Shown: positions 35,998-46,750, numbered from the stretch's first letter. The stretch is DNA of 64,000 nucleotides from Dehalococcoidia bacterium (GCA_965199995.1 OZ241328.1:1484627-1548626); one strand, 5' to 3'. Program-made: numbers and translations. The notes: a model not told the origin generated them from the letters alone.

Positions 35998-36417
35998 ATG
36001 CCAACAGTCAATCAGCTTGTCCGCAAAGGGCGTAAACCGGTTCGCAAGCGGACCAAGGCTCCGGCCATGCACTGGGTGCAGAACTCCCTGCGCAACCGCG
36101 TCAAGTGGGGGCCGGGTTGCCCGCAGCGGCGCGGCGTCTGCATTCAGGTGCGCACCATGACCCCCAAGAAACCCAACTCGGCCCTGCGCAAGATTGCCCG
36201 CGTGCGGCTCACCAACGGGGTCGAGGTAACGGCCTACATTGGCGGTGAAGGGCACAACCTGCAGGAGCACTCCGTGGTGCTAGTGCGTGGCGGCAGGGTC
36301 AAAGACCTTCCCGGCGTCCGGTATCACGTAGTTCGCAGCGCCCTGGACTGCGATGGCGTCAACGACCGCCGTCAAGGGCGGAGTAAGTACGGAGCGAGCC
36401 GTCCCCGCCGGAACTAG
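35998..36417 (+). CDS. rpsL: 30S ribosomal protein S12
   Basis: [13 protein letters not shown].. is present, along with the conserved [10 protein letters not shown]. Confidence 0.97.
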   Translation: MPTVNQLVRKGRKPVRKRTKAPAMHWVQNSLRNRVKWGPGCPQRRGVCIQVRTMTPKKPNSALRKIARVRLTNGVEVTAYIGGEGHNLQEHSVVLVRGGRVKDLPGVRYHVVRSALDCDGVNDRRQGRSKYGASRPRRN

Positions 36418-36495
36418 GCAGGCTTAGGGCTACATCTCTTTCAAGAACGCCGAACGCCCAAGGGCGGCGGCGTTTAGATTCTTAGGTGCAACGAT

Positions 36496-36966
36496 ATGTC
36501 GAGAAGAAGACGCGCTGAACGCCGCGCCACGGCGCCGGACCCGCGCTTCAATAACGTGGAGCTGGCCAGGTTTATCAACCGGCTGATGCTGAAGGGCAAG
36601 AAGTCCACGGCTCAGAGAGTGGCCTACAACGCTTTTTCAATAATTCAGAGCGAATCCAGCCGCGAGCCCTTAGAAGTCTTTCAGCAGGCGCTTCGCAACG
36701 CCACCCCCGCGGTGGAGGTGCGGCCCAAGCGCGTAGGCGGCGCCACCATTCAAGTTCCCACCGAGCTGCGCACAGAACGCAGCGAAGCGCTGGCAATGCG
36801 CTGGCTCATTCGGGGGGCCCGCTCGCGTAAGGGTATGCCCATGCGCCGGGGACTGGCGCTGGAGTTGATGGACGCCTCGCGCGGAGAAGGTTCGGCAGTA
36901 CGCCGAAGGGAGGAATTGCACCGGATGGCCGAGGCCAACCGCGCTTTTGTTCATTACCGCCGGTAA
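36496..36966 (+). CDS. rpsG: 30S ribosomal protein S7
   Basis: MSRRRRAERR..DPRFNN..LINRLMLKGKKS matches S7, and the gene follows rpsL. Confidence 0.95.
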   Translation: MSRRRRAERRATAPDPRFNNVELARFINRLMLKGKKSTAQRVAYNAFSIIQSESSREPLEVFQQALRNATPAVEVRPKRVGGATIQVPTELRTERSEALAMRWLIRGARSRKGMPMRRGLALELMDASRGEGSAVRRREELHRMAEANRAFVHYRR

Positions 36967-37030
36967 GCCCGGCGGCCGGCGACCCCGGAAGAATGACGGA
37001 CAGGTTGCTCTCCCCATTGTGCCAAGCAAG

Positions 37031-39106
37031 ATGGATAACACCTACCCCATAGAAAAAATTCGCAACATCGGCTTTATCGCCCACATAGACGCCGGAAAGA
37101 CCACCGTCACAGAGCAGGTTCTGTATGCCACTGGACGGATTCACCGCGCCGGCGGCGTAGACGACGGCACCACTGCTATGGACTGGATGCCTCAAGAACG
37201 GGAACGGGGCATCACCATCACTGCCGCCGCAACCACCGCCCAATGGCAAGACTGCCGAATCAATATCATTGACACCCCCGGACACGTGGATTTCACCGCC
37301 GAAGTCGAACGCTCTCTCCGCGTTCTTGATGGCGGCGTAGTTGTGCTGGACGCCGTTGCCGGGGTGCAGTCCCAGTCGGAAACGGTCTGGCGGCAGGCGG
37401 ACACTTACTCGGTTCCCCGCATTTGTTTCGTTAATAAGATGGACCGCGTAGGCGCCAGTTACGAGCGGACGCTAGACTCTATTCGCCGCCGGCTTAACGG
37501 TAATCCGGTGCCCATTCAGTTGCCGATGGGCGAGGAAGCCGACTTTTACGGCACCATAGATTTGATTGGGGGGCGTGCCACCGTTTACCCAATAGGCCGC
37601 GCAGCCCGCAATAGCGCGGAAGACTACGAAAATATGCCCGTGCCGGCGGAGTTTGAAGAGGACTATCTGCGCTATCGTCAAGAGATGATTGAGAAAATAG
37701 TCGAAACGGATGAGCAGTTGCTCATCCGTTATCTTGAAGGCGAGGAGCTGCCGCCCGAAGATTTGCGAGACGCATTGCGCCGCGCTACCGTGGCCCGAAC
37801 CTTGGTTCCGGTGCTTTGCGGCAGCGCCATCTCCGGCAAGGGCATTCACCCGCTCCTAGACGCCGTTCTGTACTACCTGCCTTCGCCTTTCGACGTGCCG
37901 CCAGTGGAGGGAGTCAATCCGCGTACCGAGGAAACTGAGCTGCGACACCCCGACGAGGACGGCCCTCTAGCCGCCCTGGCCTTTAAAGTGGCCACCGACC
38001 CTTACGTGGGACGGCTGGTATTCCTGCGAGTCTATTCCGGGCGGGTCAAATCGGGCGAGTCGGTGCAGAACGTCTCCCGCAAGGGCCGGGAGCGTATGGG
38101 GCGCCTGCTCCTGATGCACGCCAATCACCGCGAAGAACTGGAAGACGTTACCGCAGGCAATATCTGTGCCGCCGTCGGCCTGAAAAATACCTTCACCGGG
38201 GACACCATCTGCGCCAACGTCAACCAGGTCATCCTCGAACCGCCCAAGTTCCCCAGCCCGGTTGTGTCGGTAGCCATCGAGCCGATGACTCGCGCTGACC
38301 AGGACAGGCTGTCTGAAGCCCTCCGCAAGCTGTCAGACGAGGACCCCACCTTCGTAGTGCGATTCAACGAGGAAACCGGCCAGACTGTTATGTCCGGCAT
38401 GGGCGAGCTGCACCTGGAAGTGCTGGTGGACCGGATGCGGCGGGAGTTCAGTGTGGAAGCTCAGGTGGGCAGGCCGCGGGTATCTTACCGAGAAACACTG
38501 ACCAAACCTTACCGCTCCGATGCCAGGTTTGTCCGGCAGACGGGCGGCCACGGCCAGTATGGTCATGTAGTTGTGAACCTAGAGCCGTTGGAACAGGGCC
38601 AGGGAATACAGTTCGTCAATGAAATCGCCGGCGGCGTAATTCCCCGCGAATACATACCAGCCATCGAAAGGGGGGTGCGCGAAGCACTGGACAACGGACC
38701 GCTGGGCGGTTATCCTCTTGTAGATTTGAAAGTCACTCTGGTGGACGGCAGTTATCACACTGTGGATTCTTCGGAGATGGCTTTCCGAAGCGCCGGAATG
38801 ATGGCTATCCGGGAAGGGGTCAGCAAAGCCGGCCCCATTCTTCTGGAGCCTATCGCTGATCTGGAAGTGGTGACGCCCGGCGAGTTTCTGAGCGAAGTTA
38901 TCGGCGACTTGGGAACGCGCCGCGCGCAGATTCGCACCATTGAAGGACAGGATGGCATTCAGACTGTGCGCGCGCTGGCGCCGCTGGGAGAGACGTTCTC
39001 CTACACCACGGCGCTGCGCTCCATAACCCAGGGACGGGCCTCATATACCATGGAGTTCCGTCATTACGAGCCGGTTCCCGAAGGGTTGCTCCGAACCCTG
39101 CTCTAG
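37031..39106 (+). CDS. fusA: elongation factor G
   Basis: It contains IRNIGFIAHIDAGKTT, DTPGHVDF and NKMDR. The ATG at 37031 gives the normal N-terminus. Confidence 0.95.
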   Translation: MDNTYPIEKIRNIGFIAHIDAGKTTVTEQVLYATGRIHRAGGVDDGTTAMDWMPQERERGITITAAATTAQWQDCRINIIDTPGHVDFTAEVERSLRVLDGGVVVLDAVAGVQSQSETVWRQADTYSVPRICFVNKMDRVGASYERTLDSIRRRLNGNPVPIQLPMGEEADFYGTIDLIGGRATVYPIGRAARNSAEDYENMPVPAEFEEDYLRYRQEMIEKIVETDEQLLIRYLEGEELPPEDLRDALRRATVARTLVPVLCGSAISGKGIHPLLDAVLYYLPSPFDVPPVEGVNPRTEETELRHPDEDGPLAALAFKVATDPYVGRLVFLRVYSGRVKSGESVQNVSRKGRERMGRLLLMHANHREELEDVTAGNICAAVGLKNTFTGDTICANVNQVILEPPKFPSPVVSVAIEPMTRADQDRLSEALRKLSDEDPTFVVRFNEETGQTVMSGMGELHLEVLVDRMRREFSVEAQVGRPRVSYRETLTKPYRSDARFVRQTGGHGQYGHVVVNLEPLEQGQGIQFVNEIAGGVIPREYIPAIERGVREALDNGPLGGYPLVDLKVTLVDGSYHTVDSSEMAFRSAGMMAIREGVSKAGPILLEPIADLEVVTPGEFLSEVIGDLGTRRAQIRTIEGQDGIQTVRALAPLGETFSYTTALRSITQGRASYTMEFRHYEPVPEGLLRTLL

Positions 39107-39213
39107 CCTGTCGGCGGGAGCTATTGGGACAGATTCGGCGCAGCTTTTCGGGTTTAATTTTTTGACGCAGTTGCGGACCGGGCGAACCGAGTCCAGAGAA
39201 TTGAAGAAGGCGT

Positions 39214-39525
39214 ATGCAAGCAAGGCAGAAAGTCAGGATCATCCTGAAAGCGTTTGACCACAAGATGCTGGATACTTCCACCGGCCAGATTGTGGAGACC
39301 GCCGAACGAACCGGGGCCAGGGTCGCCGGGCCGGTGCCTCTGCCTACTCACATACGCCGTTTCTGCGTTATCCGGGGGCCGCACGTGGACAAGGACTCTC
39401 GGGAGCATTTCGAGATACGAACCCACAAGCGGCTGATTGACATTCTGGAACCTACCTCCAAAACGATAGATTCGTTGACCCGGCTGAATCTTCCCGCCGG
39501 TGTTGACATATCTATTAAACTGTAA
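39214..39525 (+). CDS. rpsJ: 30S ribosomal protein S10
   Basis: [22 protein letters not shown] matches S10. Confidence 0.95.
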   Translation: MQARQKVRIILKAFDHKMLDTSTGQIVETAERTGARVAGPVPLPTHIRRFCVIRGPHVDKDSREHFEIRTHKRLIDILEPTSKTIDSLTRLNLPAGVDISIKL

Positions 39526-39632
39526 ATTCCCGATTCGCGTTTCAGGCGTTATCTTTGCAGTCGAAATCCGGTAGGGCCCGGTGAGACTTAAGCCGGGCGC
39601 CAAGCTGTTGAAAATTCAAGGCTGGTCTAAGG

Positions 39633-40247
39633 ATGCTTCAGGGATTTCTTGGCAAGAAAATAGGCATGACCCAGCTTTTCCGGGACAATGGCAGCATTGT
39701 TCCGGTGACGCTAATTGAGGCGGGCCCCTGCGTCGTTACCCAGGTTAAGACCAAAGACAACGACGGCTACGAGGCAGTGCAATTGGGATTCGGCGCGGCG
39801 AAAAGGCCTAACAAGCCAATGCAGGGTCATTTCCGCCCCAGCCAGGCCAGCCGCTACCTGCGGGAAGTCCAAGCGGACGATCCATCGGAGTTTTCTGTAG
39901 GGCAGACCATCAGCCTGGATATCTTCGCTGAAGGCGAGAAAGTGGACGTCATTGGCCGCTCCAAGGGTCGCGGCTTTGCCGGCACCATGAAGCGGCACGG
40001 CTTCGGAGGCGGCCCCCGCACTCACGGCCAGTCCGACCGCGCTCGCGCTCCCGGGTCCATCGGCGGTGGCACTACGCCGGGCAAGGTGTTCAAGGGCCTG
40101 AAGATGGCCGGACACATGGGTAACCGCCGAATTACCGTAAAGGGACTGGAAATTGTGAAGGTGGACACCGACCGGAATATCCTAGCCGTAAAGGGAGGGA
40201 TTCCTGGCGCTCCCAACAGCCTGGTGCAAATCCGCCGGGCAAGCTGA
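39633..40247 (+). CDS. rplC: 50S ribosomal protein L3
   Basis: GFLGKKIGMTQLF and SKGRGFAGTMKRHGF match L3. Confidence 0.95.
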   Translation: MLQGFLGKKIGMTQLFRDNGSIVPVTLIEAGPCVVTQVKTKDNDGYEAVQLGFGAAKRPNKPMQGHFRPSQASRYLREVQADDPSEFSVGQTISLDIFAEGEKVDVIGRSKGRGFAGTMKRHGFGGGPRTHGQSDRARAPGSIGGGTTPGKVFKGLKMAGHMGNRRITVKGLEIVKVDTDRNILAVKGGIPGAPNSLVQIRRAS

Positions 40248-40295
40248 CCCATCCGGCGGCAAACGGCCCACGGGGGCCAAACGCATAGGAATAAT

Positions 40296-41006
40296 ATGCA
40301 AATCGCAGTCAGAAATCAGTCGGGGAATACGGTCGAGAGCATCGAACTCGATGACCTCGTCTTCAACATGCCGATGAACCGCTCGCTGGTCCATCAGGCA
40401 ATGGTCATTTATCAGTCCAACCGGCGCCAGGGAACCCATGACACGAAAACCCGCGCCGAGGTTTCCGGCGGCGGACGCAAGCCGTGGATACAAAAGCACA
40501 CAGGCCGCGCCCGCCAGGGCAGCACCCGCTCGCCCCACTGGCGGCACGGCGGAGTGGTTTTCGGCCCGCATCCCCGCAGTTACCGCAAAGCCATTCCCAA
40601 GCGGATGCGCCGCGCCGCCCTCCGCTGTGTCCTGTCGGAGAAAGCGCGAAACGACCGGATTGTATGCCTCGACTCCATGGACAATATAGACGGCAAGACC
40701 CGTTCTATGTCCGGGTTGCTCTCGCGCCTGAACATTTCCGGTTCAGCGCTGATAGTCACTCTGGAAACCAATCCTGACGTGGTGCAAGCCGCCAGCAATC
40801 TCAAGAAGTTATATACCTTGCCGGTAAATCAGTTGAACGCTGAAATACTGCTTTCCCGGGATACTGTTATTATGACCGTGGACGCTGCCCGGTGGGCCGA
40901 GGATACGTTGGCTTCCGAACCCCACGGCCGCCGAGGGCGCAAGTTCGCCCACTCATCCGCCGGAGAAGAAGCGACGGAAATCGCCGGCTCAGAGGATGGT
41001 GAGTAG
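40296..41006 (+). CDS. rplD: 50S ribosomal protein L4 (with C-terminal extension)
   Basis: GGGRKPWIQKHTGRARQGS is present, and the gene follows the expected operon order. Confidence 0.93.
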   Translation: MQIAVRNQSGNTVESIELDDLVFNMPMNRSLVHQAMVIYQSNRRQGTHDTKTRAEVSGGGRKPWIQKHTGRARQGSTRSPHWRHGGVVFGPHPRSYRKAIPKRMRRAALRCVLSEKARNDRIVCLDSMDNIDGKTRSMSGLLSRLNISGSALIVTLETNPDVVQAASNLKKLYTLPVNQLNAEILLSRDTVIMTVDAARWAEDTLASEPHGRRGRKFAHSSAGEEATEIAGSEDGE

Positions 41007-41007
41007 C

Positions 41008-41292
41008 ATGGATATTCACCGCGTGCTGGTAAAGCCGACGATAACGGAAAAGAGCACCATTCTTCAGGAGTCGGGAAAGTACACCTTCGAAATCGCTCCG
41101 AGAGCCAACAAAGTCCAGGTCAAGGAAGCGGTGGAGAAAAGCTTCGGCGTCGAAGTCGAAGACGTTAATATCTCCAAACTGCGGGGCAAGCGGAAACGCT
41201 ATGGTCCCCGCTCCGTGAAGCAGCCCGACACGAAGAAAGCGGTCGTTACCCTCAAACCGGGCAATCGCATCAACCTTATAGAAGGACTGTAA
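41008..41292 (+). CDS. rplW: 50S ribosomal protein L23
   Basis: [16 protein letters not shown].. matches L23. An alternative ATG at 40996 would add 4 residues. Confidence 0.9.
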   Translation: MDIHRVLVKPTITEKSTILQESGKYTFEIAPRANKVQVKEAVEKSFGVEVEDVNISKLRGKRKRYGPRSVKQPDTKKAVVTLKPGNRINLIEGL

Positions 41293-41303
41293 GGCGGAAT
41301 TCA

Positions 41304-42137
41304 ATGCCCTTGAAGAATTACAGACCAATTACGCCGGGAACCCGGAATGCGGTGCGGGCCTCCTTTGAAGAGCTGACCACCAATAAACCGGAAAAGTCCC
41401 TTATCTCCCGCAAGAAGAACCACGCCGGACGCAACAACCGGGGGCGCATCACCGCCTATGGCCGTGGCGGAGGCTCGCGGCGGATGTACCGCGAGGTCGA
41501 TTTTAAGCGCAAGAAGGATGGCGTCCCAGGCCGAGTTCGCTCCATCGAGTATGACCCCAATCGCACCACCCGCATCGCCTTGATTTTCTACGCCGATGGC
41601 GAGAAAAGCTATATCCTCGCTCCCCATGGGCTGTCCGTGGGCGATGTAGTTCAGTCCGGCCCAGACGCAGAGGTGAGTTTGGGTAATTCCCTGCCGCTGA
41701 CCAACATCCCGACGGGCACAGTAGTGCATAACATCGAACTGACTCCGGGCCGCGGGGGGCAGTTGGTTCGGGGTGCTGGAACAGGCGCGCAAGTGCTGTC
41801 TCGCGAGGGCGAGTATGTGCTGATCCGCCTGCCTTCCGGGCAGATGAGGCGCATCCTGTTGCGGTGCCGGGCCAGCGTAGGGCAGCTTTCCAACCCGGAT
41901 CACAAGAACGAGAGCCTGGGCAAGGCCGGGGCGTCAAGGCATATGGGCCGCCGGCCCCATGTGCGCGGCGTCGCCAAAAACCCAGTGGATCACCCTCATG
42001 GCGGCGGTGAAGGCCGCTCTCCCATCGGAATGCCCGGCCCCAAGTCCCCCACGGGTAAACCCACTCTCGGCCACAAGACGCGCAACAAAAAGAAAGCGTC
42101 GAGCAAGTTTATCGTGCGCCGGGGCAGGAGACGCTAA
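41304..42137 (+). CDS. rplB: 50S ribosomal protein L2
   Basis: YRPITPGTR and [12 protein letters not shown] match L2. Confidence 0.97.
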   Translation: MPLKNYRPITPGTRNAVRASFEELTTNKPEKSLISRKKNHAGRNNRGRITAYGRGGGSRRMYREVDFKRKKDGVPGRVRSIEYDPNRTTRIALIFYADGEKSYILAPHGLSVGDVVQSGPDAEVSLGNSLPLTNIPTGTVVHNIELTPGRGGQLVRGAGTGAQVLSREGEYVLIRLPSGQMRRILLRCRASVGQLSNPDHKNESLGKAGASRHMGRRPHVRGVAKNPVDHPHGGGEGRSPIGMPGPKSPTGKPTLGHKTRNKKKASSKFIVRRGRRR

Positions 42138-42138
42138 A

Positions 42139-42423
42139 ATGTCCCGTTCGATAAAGAAGGGGCCATACATACATCCCAAATTGATGAAAAAGGTGGAGCA
42201 GGTGCAGCGCTCCGGAGCCAATACGGTCATCCGCACCTGGTCGCGGGCTTCGATGATTATGCCCGAAATGGTCGGGTTGACCATCGGTGTGCACGATGGG
42301 CGCCGGCACGTTCCCGTATTCATCACTGAGAATATGGTGGGGCACCGGCTGGGGGAGTTCTCGCCAACCCGAACTTACCGCGGGCACGTGGCCCGCTCAG
42401 AACGCTCCAGTAGGGTGAGGTAA
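42139..42423 (+). CDS. rpsS: 30S ribosomal protein S19
   Basis: [38 protein letters not shown] matches S19. The ORF-track start at 41959 lies inside rplB. Confidence 0.95.
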   Translation: MSRSIKKGPYIHPKLMKKVEQVQRSGANTVIRTWSRASMIMPEMVGLTIGVHDGRRHVPVFITENMVGHRLGEFSPTRTYRGHVARSERSSRVR

Positions 42424-42427
42424 TGGT

Positions 42428-42769
42428 TTGCCGCCAGTTCGTGCAGTAGCAAAACAGCTTGGGGCTTCTCAGAAAAGGCTCAAGCCCATATTGGACCTGG
42501 TCCGCGGCCAGCGCGTGGACGACGCCCTGAACACACTTCGGTTTTTGCCGTCCCCTTGGGCCAAACCGGTGGCTAAAGTGGTCGCGTCTGCCGCAGCCAA
42601 TGCGGAAAACAATATGCTGATGGACCGCGACAACCTGCGCATAGTTCAGATTACCGCCGATAATGCCCCATCGCTGAAACGCTTTCGTCCCAGGGCCAGA
42701 GGGCGAATCGGACGTATCACCAAACGTAGCAGCCACGTCACCGTGGTGGTGGACGAAGACGAGGAATAG
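42428..42769 (+). CDS. rplV: 50S ribosomal protein L22
   Basis: KRLKPILDLVRGQRVDDALNTLRF and RGRIGRITKRSSHVTVVV match L22. It uses a TTG start. Confidence 0.93.
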   Translation: MPPVRAVAKQLGASQKRLKPILDLVRGQRVDDALNTLRFLPSPWAKPVAKVVASAAANAENNMLMDRDNLRIVQITADNAPSLKRFRPRARGRIGRITKRSSHVTVVVDEDEE

Positions 42770-42780
42770 GAGACTGAGGA

Positions 42781-43524
42781 ATGGGCCATAAAACCCATCC
42801 ATACGGCTTCCGGCTGGGAATAATCAAGGACTGGAAGGCGCATTGGTACGCCCCCAACGGTTCGGGGTACCGTAGCCTGGTCAAGGAAGACCTGAAGCTG
42901 CGCGAAAGCATACGGAACGAGTACCGAGGCTTTTCCGACGCCGGCATCGCCCGAGTCGAAATCGACCGGGGCGCTCAGGACAGCGAAATTAACATTTACT
43001 CGGCCCGGCCCGGCATACTGATAGGGCGCGACGGGGAGCGGGTGAAGAACCTGCGAGCCAAGTTGGAATCAATCACCGGAAGCCGCGTTCATCTCAATAT
43101 CAACGAGATTGAGCAGCCGGAGATAGACGCCTATCTGGTAGCCCGCAACGTGGCCGACCAGTTGGAACGCCGGGTGGCCTACCGGCGGGCTATGCGCCAG
43201 ACGGCTCAGCGGGCTATGCAGGCCGGCGCCGAAGGCATCAAAATTATCGTCAAGGGCCGCATTTCCGGCTCTGAGATAGCCCGAACCGAAAAAATGATGA
43301 TGGGGCAGGTCCCGTTGCATACCCTAAGGGCCAACATCGACTATGCCATTGCTGAAGCTCACACCATCATGGGTAGGGTCGGTGTCAAGGTTTGGATTTA
43401 CACCGGCGAGGTTATGCCCTCGCAGGCCGAGGAAGCAGCGGAGCTGGAAACTATCGAAGTCACTGTTCAGGCCGGTGAGCCGGACGTGAATTTGGAGCAG
43501 TTGCTCGACGAGAACCTAACGTAG
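42781..43524 (+). CDS. rpsC: 30S ribosomal protein S3
   Basis: MGHKTHPYGFRLGI and a KH domain are present. Confidence 0.96.
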   Translation: MGHKTHPYGFRLGIIKDWKAHWYAPNGSGYRSLVKEDLKLRESIRNEYRGFSDAGIARVEIDRGAQDSEINIYSARPGILIGRDGERVKNLRAKLESITGSRVHLNINEIEQPEIDAYLVARNVADQLERRVAYRRAMRQTAQRAMQAGAEGIKIIVKGRISGSEIARTEKMMMGQVPLHTLRANIDYAIAEAHTIMGRVGVKVWIYTGEVMPSQAEEAAELETIEVTVQAGEPDVNLEQLLDENLT

Positions 43525-43569
43525 CCGGGCATAGCCTGGCTTGAACCCTAAACTCCCGGGAGAATGGCA

Positions 43570-44013
43570 ATGCTTTCACCCAAGCGAACCAAGTACAGGA
43601 AGCAGTTTCGTGGACGTATGCGTGGGACTGCCGTAACCGGCAGCAGCGTAACCGCGGGCGAAGTTGGCCTGAAAGCTATGGAACCGGGCTGGATTACGGC
43701 CCGCCAGATTGAATCGGCCCGTATCGCTGTGACCCGCCACCTAAGGCGCGGCGGACAGGTCTGGGTGCGGGTATTTCCCGACAAGTCTGTAACCAAGAAA
43801 CCCGCCGAGACCCGTATGGGCGGCGGCAAGGCTGCCGTGGATTACTGGGTCGCCGTGGTCAAACCGGGGCGCGTTCTCTTCGAGGTCGCCGGCGTGCCGC
43901 AGGAGGACGCCGTTGAGGCTCTGCGTCTAGCCTCTCAAAAGTTGCCTCTGGCTACCAAAACCGTGTTCCACGACCGGCTGGCAACTGCCGCCAGTAACGC
44001 CGCCGTCGCCTAA
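43570..44013 (+). CDS. rplP: 50S ribosomal protein L16
   Basis: [16 protein letters not shown] matches L16. An ATG two codons upstream (43564) is also possible. Confidence 0.95.
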   Translation: MLSPKRTKYRKQFRGRMRGTAVTGSSVTAGEVGLKAMEPGWITARQIESARIAVTRHLRRGGQVWVRVFPDKSVTKKPAETRMGGGKAAVDYWVAVVKPGRVLFEVAGVPQEDAVEALRLASQKLPLATKTVFHDRLATAASNAAVA

Positions 44014-44020
44014 CTGAATT

Positions 44021-44221
44021 ATGCGTATACACGAAGTACGAGAACTGAGTGACGAACAGCTCCAAGAGGAGTTGGATAAGGCTGGCCGTGAGCTGATGAA
44101 TCTCAGGTTCCGCGCCGCGACTAATCAGCTGCCCAACTCCAATGAACCGGCATCCGTTCGTAAGACCATCGCCCGCCTGCGTACCGTCATCCGCGAGCGG
44201 CAGATGTTGGAGGGCCGCTAG
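44021..44221 (+). CDS. rpmC: 50S ribosomal protein L29
   Basis: VRELSDEQLQEEL..LMNLRF matches L29. Confidence 0.92.
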   Translation: MRIHEVRELSDEQLQEELDKAGRELMNLRFRAATNQLPNSNEPASVRKTIARLRTVIRERQMLEGR

Positions 44222-44652
44222 TGGTTGCCTCGAACCCTTCTCAGAGAAACCGGCGCAAGGTGCGCACCGGATCAGTGGTGCGAACCAAGCAAGACAAAAC
44301 CGCCATCGTGGAAATGGTGTGGAAGCAACGCCATCGCCTTTATCATAAGCAGGTACGGCGGGTGGCCCGTTTCTATGTTCATGACCCGGATAACCAATGC
44401 CAGATCGGCGATTTGGTGCGCATCGAGGAGACCCGGCCCATTTCTAAAACCAAGCATTGGCGATTGCTGGAAATTCTGGAGCGTCGCCAGGTGGCCGAGG
44501 TGCGGCCCATCGAGCTGGAAAGGGATGCGGCCACTGCCGCCGAAGCGGAAGAGGACGATGCTCTGCTGATAATGGATGAGGACATCGACCCGGACATCCT
44601 AAATCAGCTAACGGCGAGCAGCGGAGATTTAGAGGACGAAGAAGACGATTAA
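44221..44652 (+). CDS. rpsQ: 30S ribosomal protein S17 with a long acidic C-terminal tail
   Basis: RKVRTGSVVRTKQDKTAIVEM..HDPDNQCQIGDLVRIEETRPISKTKHWRL matches S17. It uses a GTG start. About 55 residues rich in D/E follow the conserved core. Confidence 0.9.
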   Translation: MVASNPSQRNRRKVRTGSVVRTKQDKTAIVEMVWKQRHRLYHKQVRRVARFYVHDPDNQCQIGDLVRIEETRPISKTKHWRLLEILERRQVAEVRPIELERDAATAAEAEEDDALLIMDEDIDPDILNQLTASSGDLEDEEDD

Positions 44653-44696
44653 GGCAACCGGCCGGGGTATAGCCCGGCCCATTGAGGAATACCGGA

Positions 44697-45065
44697 ATGA
44701 TCCAGACCTATACCAGGCTTACGGTGGCGGACAACAGCGGAGCGAAGGTTATCCGACTGATAAACATCCCCGGCAGCAGCCGACGCAGGTATGCCGGCGT
44801 GGGCGACGTGGTGGTGTGCAACGTCCGCGAGGCAGCGCCCAATTCCCCGGTGCGCAAGGGCGATGTCGTTCGCGCCGTGGTTATCCGGCAGGCTCAGGCC
44901 CGCAAGCGCCCCGATGGCACATACATCAAGTTCGATGACAACGCAGCGGTGCTTATTTCAGAAAACCTCAACCCTAGAGGCACTCGCATTTTCGGGCCCG
45001 TGGCCCGCGAGCTGCGGGAACGCGGGTTCATGCGCATCGTGTCGCTGGCCCCGGAGGTGGTCTAA
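44697..45065 (+). CDS. rplN: 50S ribosomal protein L14
   Basis: [17 protein letters not shown] matches L14. Confidence 0.96.
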   Translation: MIQTYTRLTVADNSGAKVIRLINIPGSSRRRYAGVGDVVVCNVREAAPNSPVRKGDVVRAVVIRQAQARKRPDGTYIKFDDNAAVLISENLNPRGTRIFGPVARELRERGFMRIVSLAPEVV

Positions 45066-45385
45066 TGCGAATTCGCACCGGCGACACCGTGTTGGTGATA
45101 GCCGGCCGGGATAAAGGCAAGACAGGCCGGGTTGAGCGGAATTATCCACGCGATGACCGGGTGATTGTCGAAGGCGTCAACATAGTTACCAGGCATATGC
45201 GGGCCCGGCCCGGCATCCGCCAGTCCGGGCGTATCCAGAGAGAAGCCCCGCTCCATGTTTCCAATGTCGTACTCATTTGCAATAAGTGCAATCAGCCCAC
45301 CAAACCCCGTATAACCTTTCTGGAAACAGGGGTAAGGGTTCGCAGTTGCCCTAAGTGTCAGGAAGTGATCGACGATGCTCGATGA
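45065..45385 (+). CDS. rplX: 50S ribosomal protein L24
   Basis: [21 protein letters not shown] matches the KOW motif. Confidence 0.94.
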   Translation: MRIRTGDTVLVIAGRDKGKTGRVERNYPRDDRVIVEGVNIVTRHMRARPGIRQSGRIQREAPLHVSNVVLICNKCNQPTKPRITFLETGVRVRSCPKCQEVIDDAR

Positions 45386-46058
45386 CGAAACTCAACAGCA
45401 GAATACCGAATCCTCACCGGCGGCGGAAAGAAGCGGCGGAGGGCGGCCCCGGCGCCAGCGCGGCCAAGGCGATTCAGCGGCCGCCGTTGCCGAACCGGAT
45501 ACCACAACTCCGGTTCCTAGACTGAAAGAGCAGTTCCGCAACGAAATAGTTCCGCAGATGATGCGGGAGTTCAGTTACTCCAATCCGATGGAGGTGCCGC
45601 GCCTCCAGAAGATTGTCCTTAATGTCGGTCTAGGCGAAGCGCTGGTTAACGGACGCGCTCTGGAAGCGGCTACCCAAGACTTGACCGCCATCAGCGGTCA
45701 GAAGCCGATAACTACTCGCGCCCGCAAGTCCATCGCCGGGTTCAAGATCCGGCAGGGCAACGCCATAGGGGCGGCAGTGACCCTGCGGGGCGACCGGATG
45801 TACCATTTTCTGGACCGGCTGGTGAATACCGCCCTGCCTCGCATCCGCGACTTCCGAGGCATTCCCCGGCGCGGGATGGACGGGCGCGGCAATTTCTCCA
45901 TCGGCATCCGGGAACAGATTATCTTTCCGGAAATAGACTATAACTCCATAGACAGGATTCGCGGGCTCCAGGTGACTATCGCAACCACGGCGCGCAACGA
46001 TGCCGAGGCGATGCGGCTACTGGAGCTTTACGGATTCCCGTTCATCCGCGAAACCTAG
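45375..46058 (+). CDS. rplE: 50S ribosomal protein L5 (with N-terminal extension of about 45 residues)
   Basis: The core starts at [13 protein letters not shown]... I saw no alternative ATG, GTG or TTG start near the core. Confidence 0.9.
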   Translation: MLDDETQQQNTESSPAAERSGGGRPRRQRGQGDSAAAVAEPDTTTPVPRLKEQFRNEIVPQMMREFSYSNPMEVPRLQKIVLNVGLGEALVNGRALEAATQDLTAISGQKPITTRARKSIAGFKIRQGNAIGAAVTLRGDRMYHFLDRLVNTALPRIRDFRGIPRRGMDGRGNFSIGIREQIIFPEIDYNSIDRIRGLQVTIATTARNDAEAMRLLELYGFPFIRET

Positions 46059-46089
46059 CCGATACCGAGCTTGTCGAAGGGGGCAAGGA

Positions 46090-46275
46090 GTGGCCAAGAC
46101 ATCCCAGATACAGAAGTGGCTCAAGAAGCCCAAGTACTCGGCGCGGGCCTATAACCGGTGCAATCGCTGCTTCCGCCCCCGGGCCTATATTCGGCACGCT
46201 GGCCTGTGCCGTATCTGCTTCCGGGAACTCGCCTTGACTGGTGAACTTCCAGGCGTGCGCAAGGCCAGTCTGTAA
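46090..46275 (+). CDS. rpsZ: 30S ribosomal protein S14, zinc-binding type Z
   Basis: It has a GTG start. It is 61 aa with CNRC...CRIC and the ending [11 protein letters not shown]. Confidence 0.9.
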   Translation: MAKTSQIQKWLKKPKYSARAYNRCNRCFRPRAYIRHAGLCRICFRELALTGELPGVRKASL

Positions 46276-46351
46276 AGCGCTGAAACCCGGAAAGACACCG
46301 GCGATAATTCCGCCTGAACCATCCCCTCCAGTATAGGGAGACGAAACGCAG

Positions 46352-46750
46352 ATGCCCATAAGCGATCCCATAGCCGATATGCTGACCCGTATACGTAATG
46401 CCATTCAGGCGCGCCATGATTCGGTGATGATGCCCCATTCCAAGATGAAATTGGCTATCGCCAGGATATTGAAGGAAGAGGGATTCATCCGCGACTTCGA
46501 CACTCCGCGCGGTCAGGCCCATCCCACTCTGCGCTTGCATCTGTCCTACCGCGAAGGAAGGCAGTCGGCGATTGCCGGATTGAAGCGCGTCAGCAGACCG
46601 GGCCTGCGAGTCTATGTCGGCAAGGGCGAGATTCCGCGAGTGTACGGCGGTTTGGGATTAGCCGTCGTTTCCACCTCCCGCGGAGTAATGGCAGGCCGCC
46701 AGGCATGGCGCGAAGGCATCGGAGGAGAGTTGCTCTGTTATGTCTGGTAA
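46352..46750 (+). CDS. rpsH: 30S ribosomal protein S8
   Basis: [17 protein letters not shown] matches S8. Confidence 0.96.
   Translation: MPISDPIADMLTRIRNAIQARHDSVMMPHSKMKLAIARILKEEGFIRDFDTPRGQAHPTLRLHLSYREGRQSAIAGLKRVSRPGLRVYVGKGEIPRVYGGLGLAVVSTSRGVMAGRQAWREGIGGELLCYVW

Noticed and set aside
39150-39185. A TTGACG -35-like box upstream of rpsJ as an S10-operon promoter.
   Set aside because: No plausible -10 hexamer occurs at the correct spacing.
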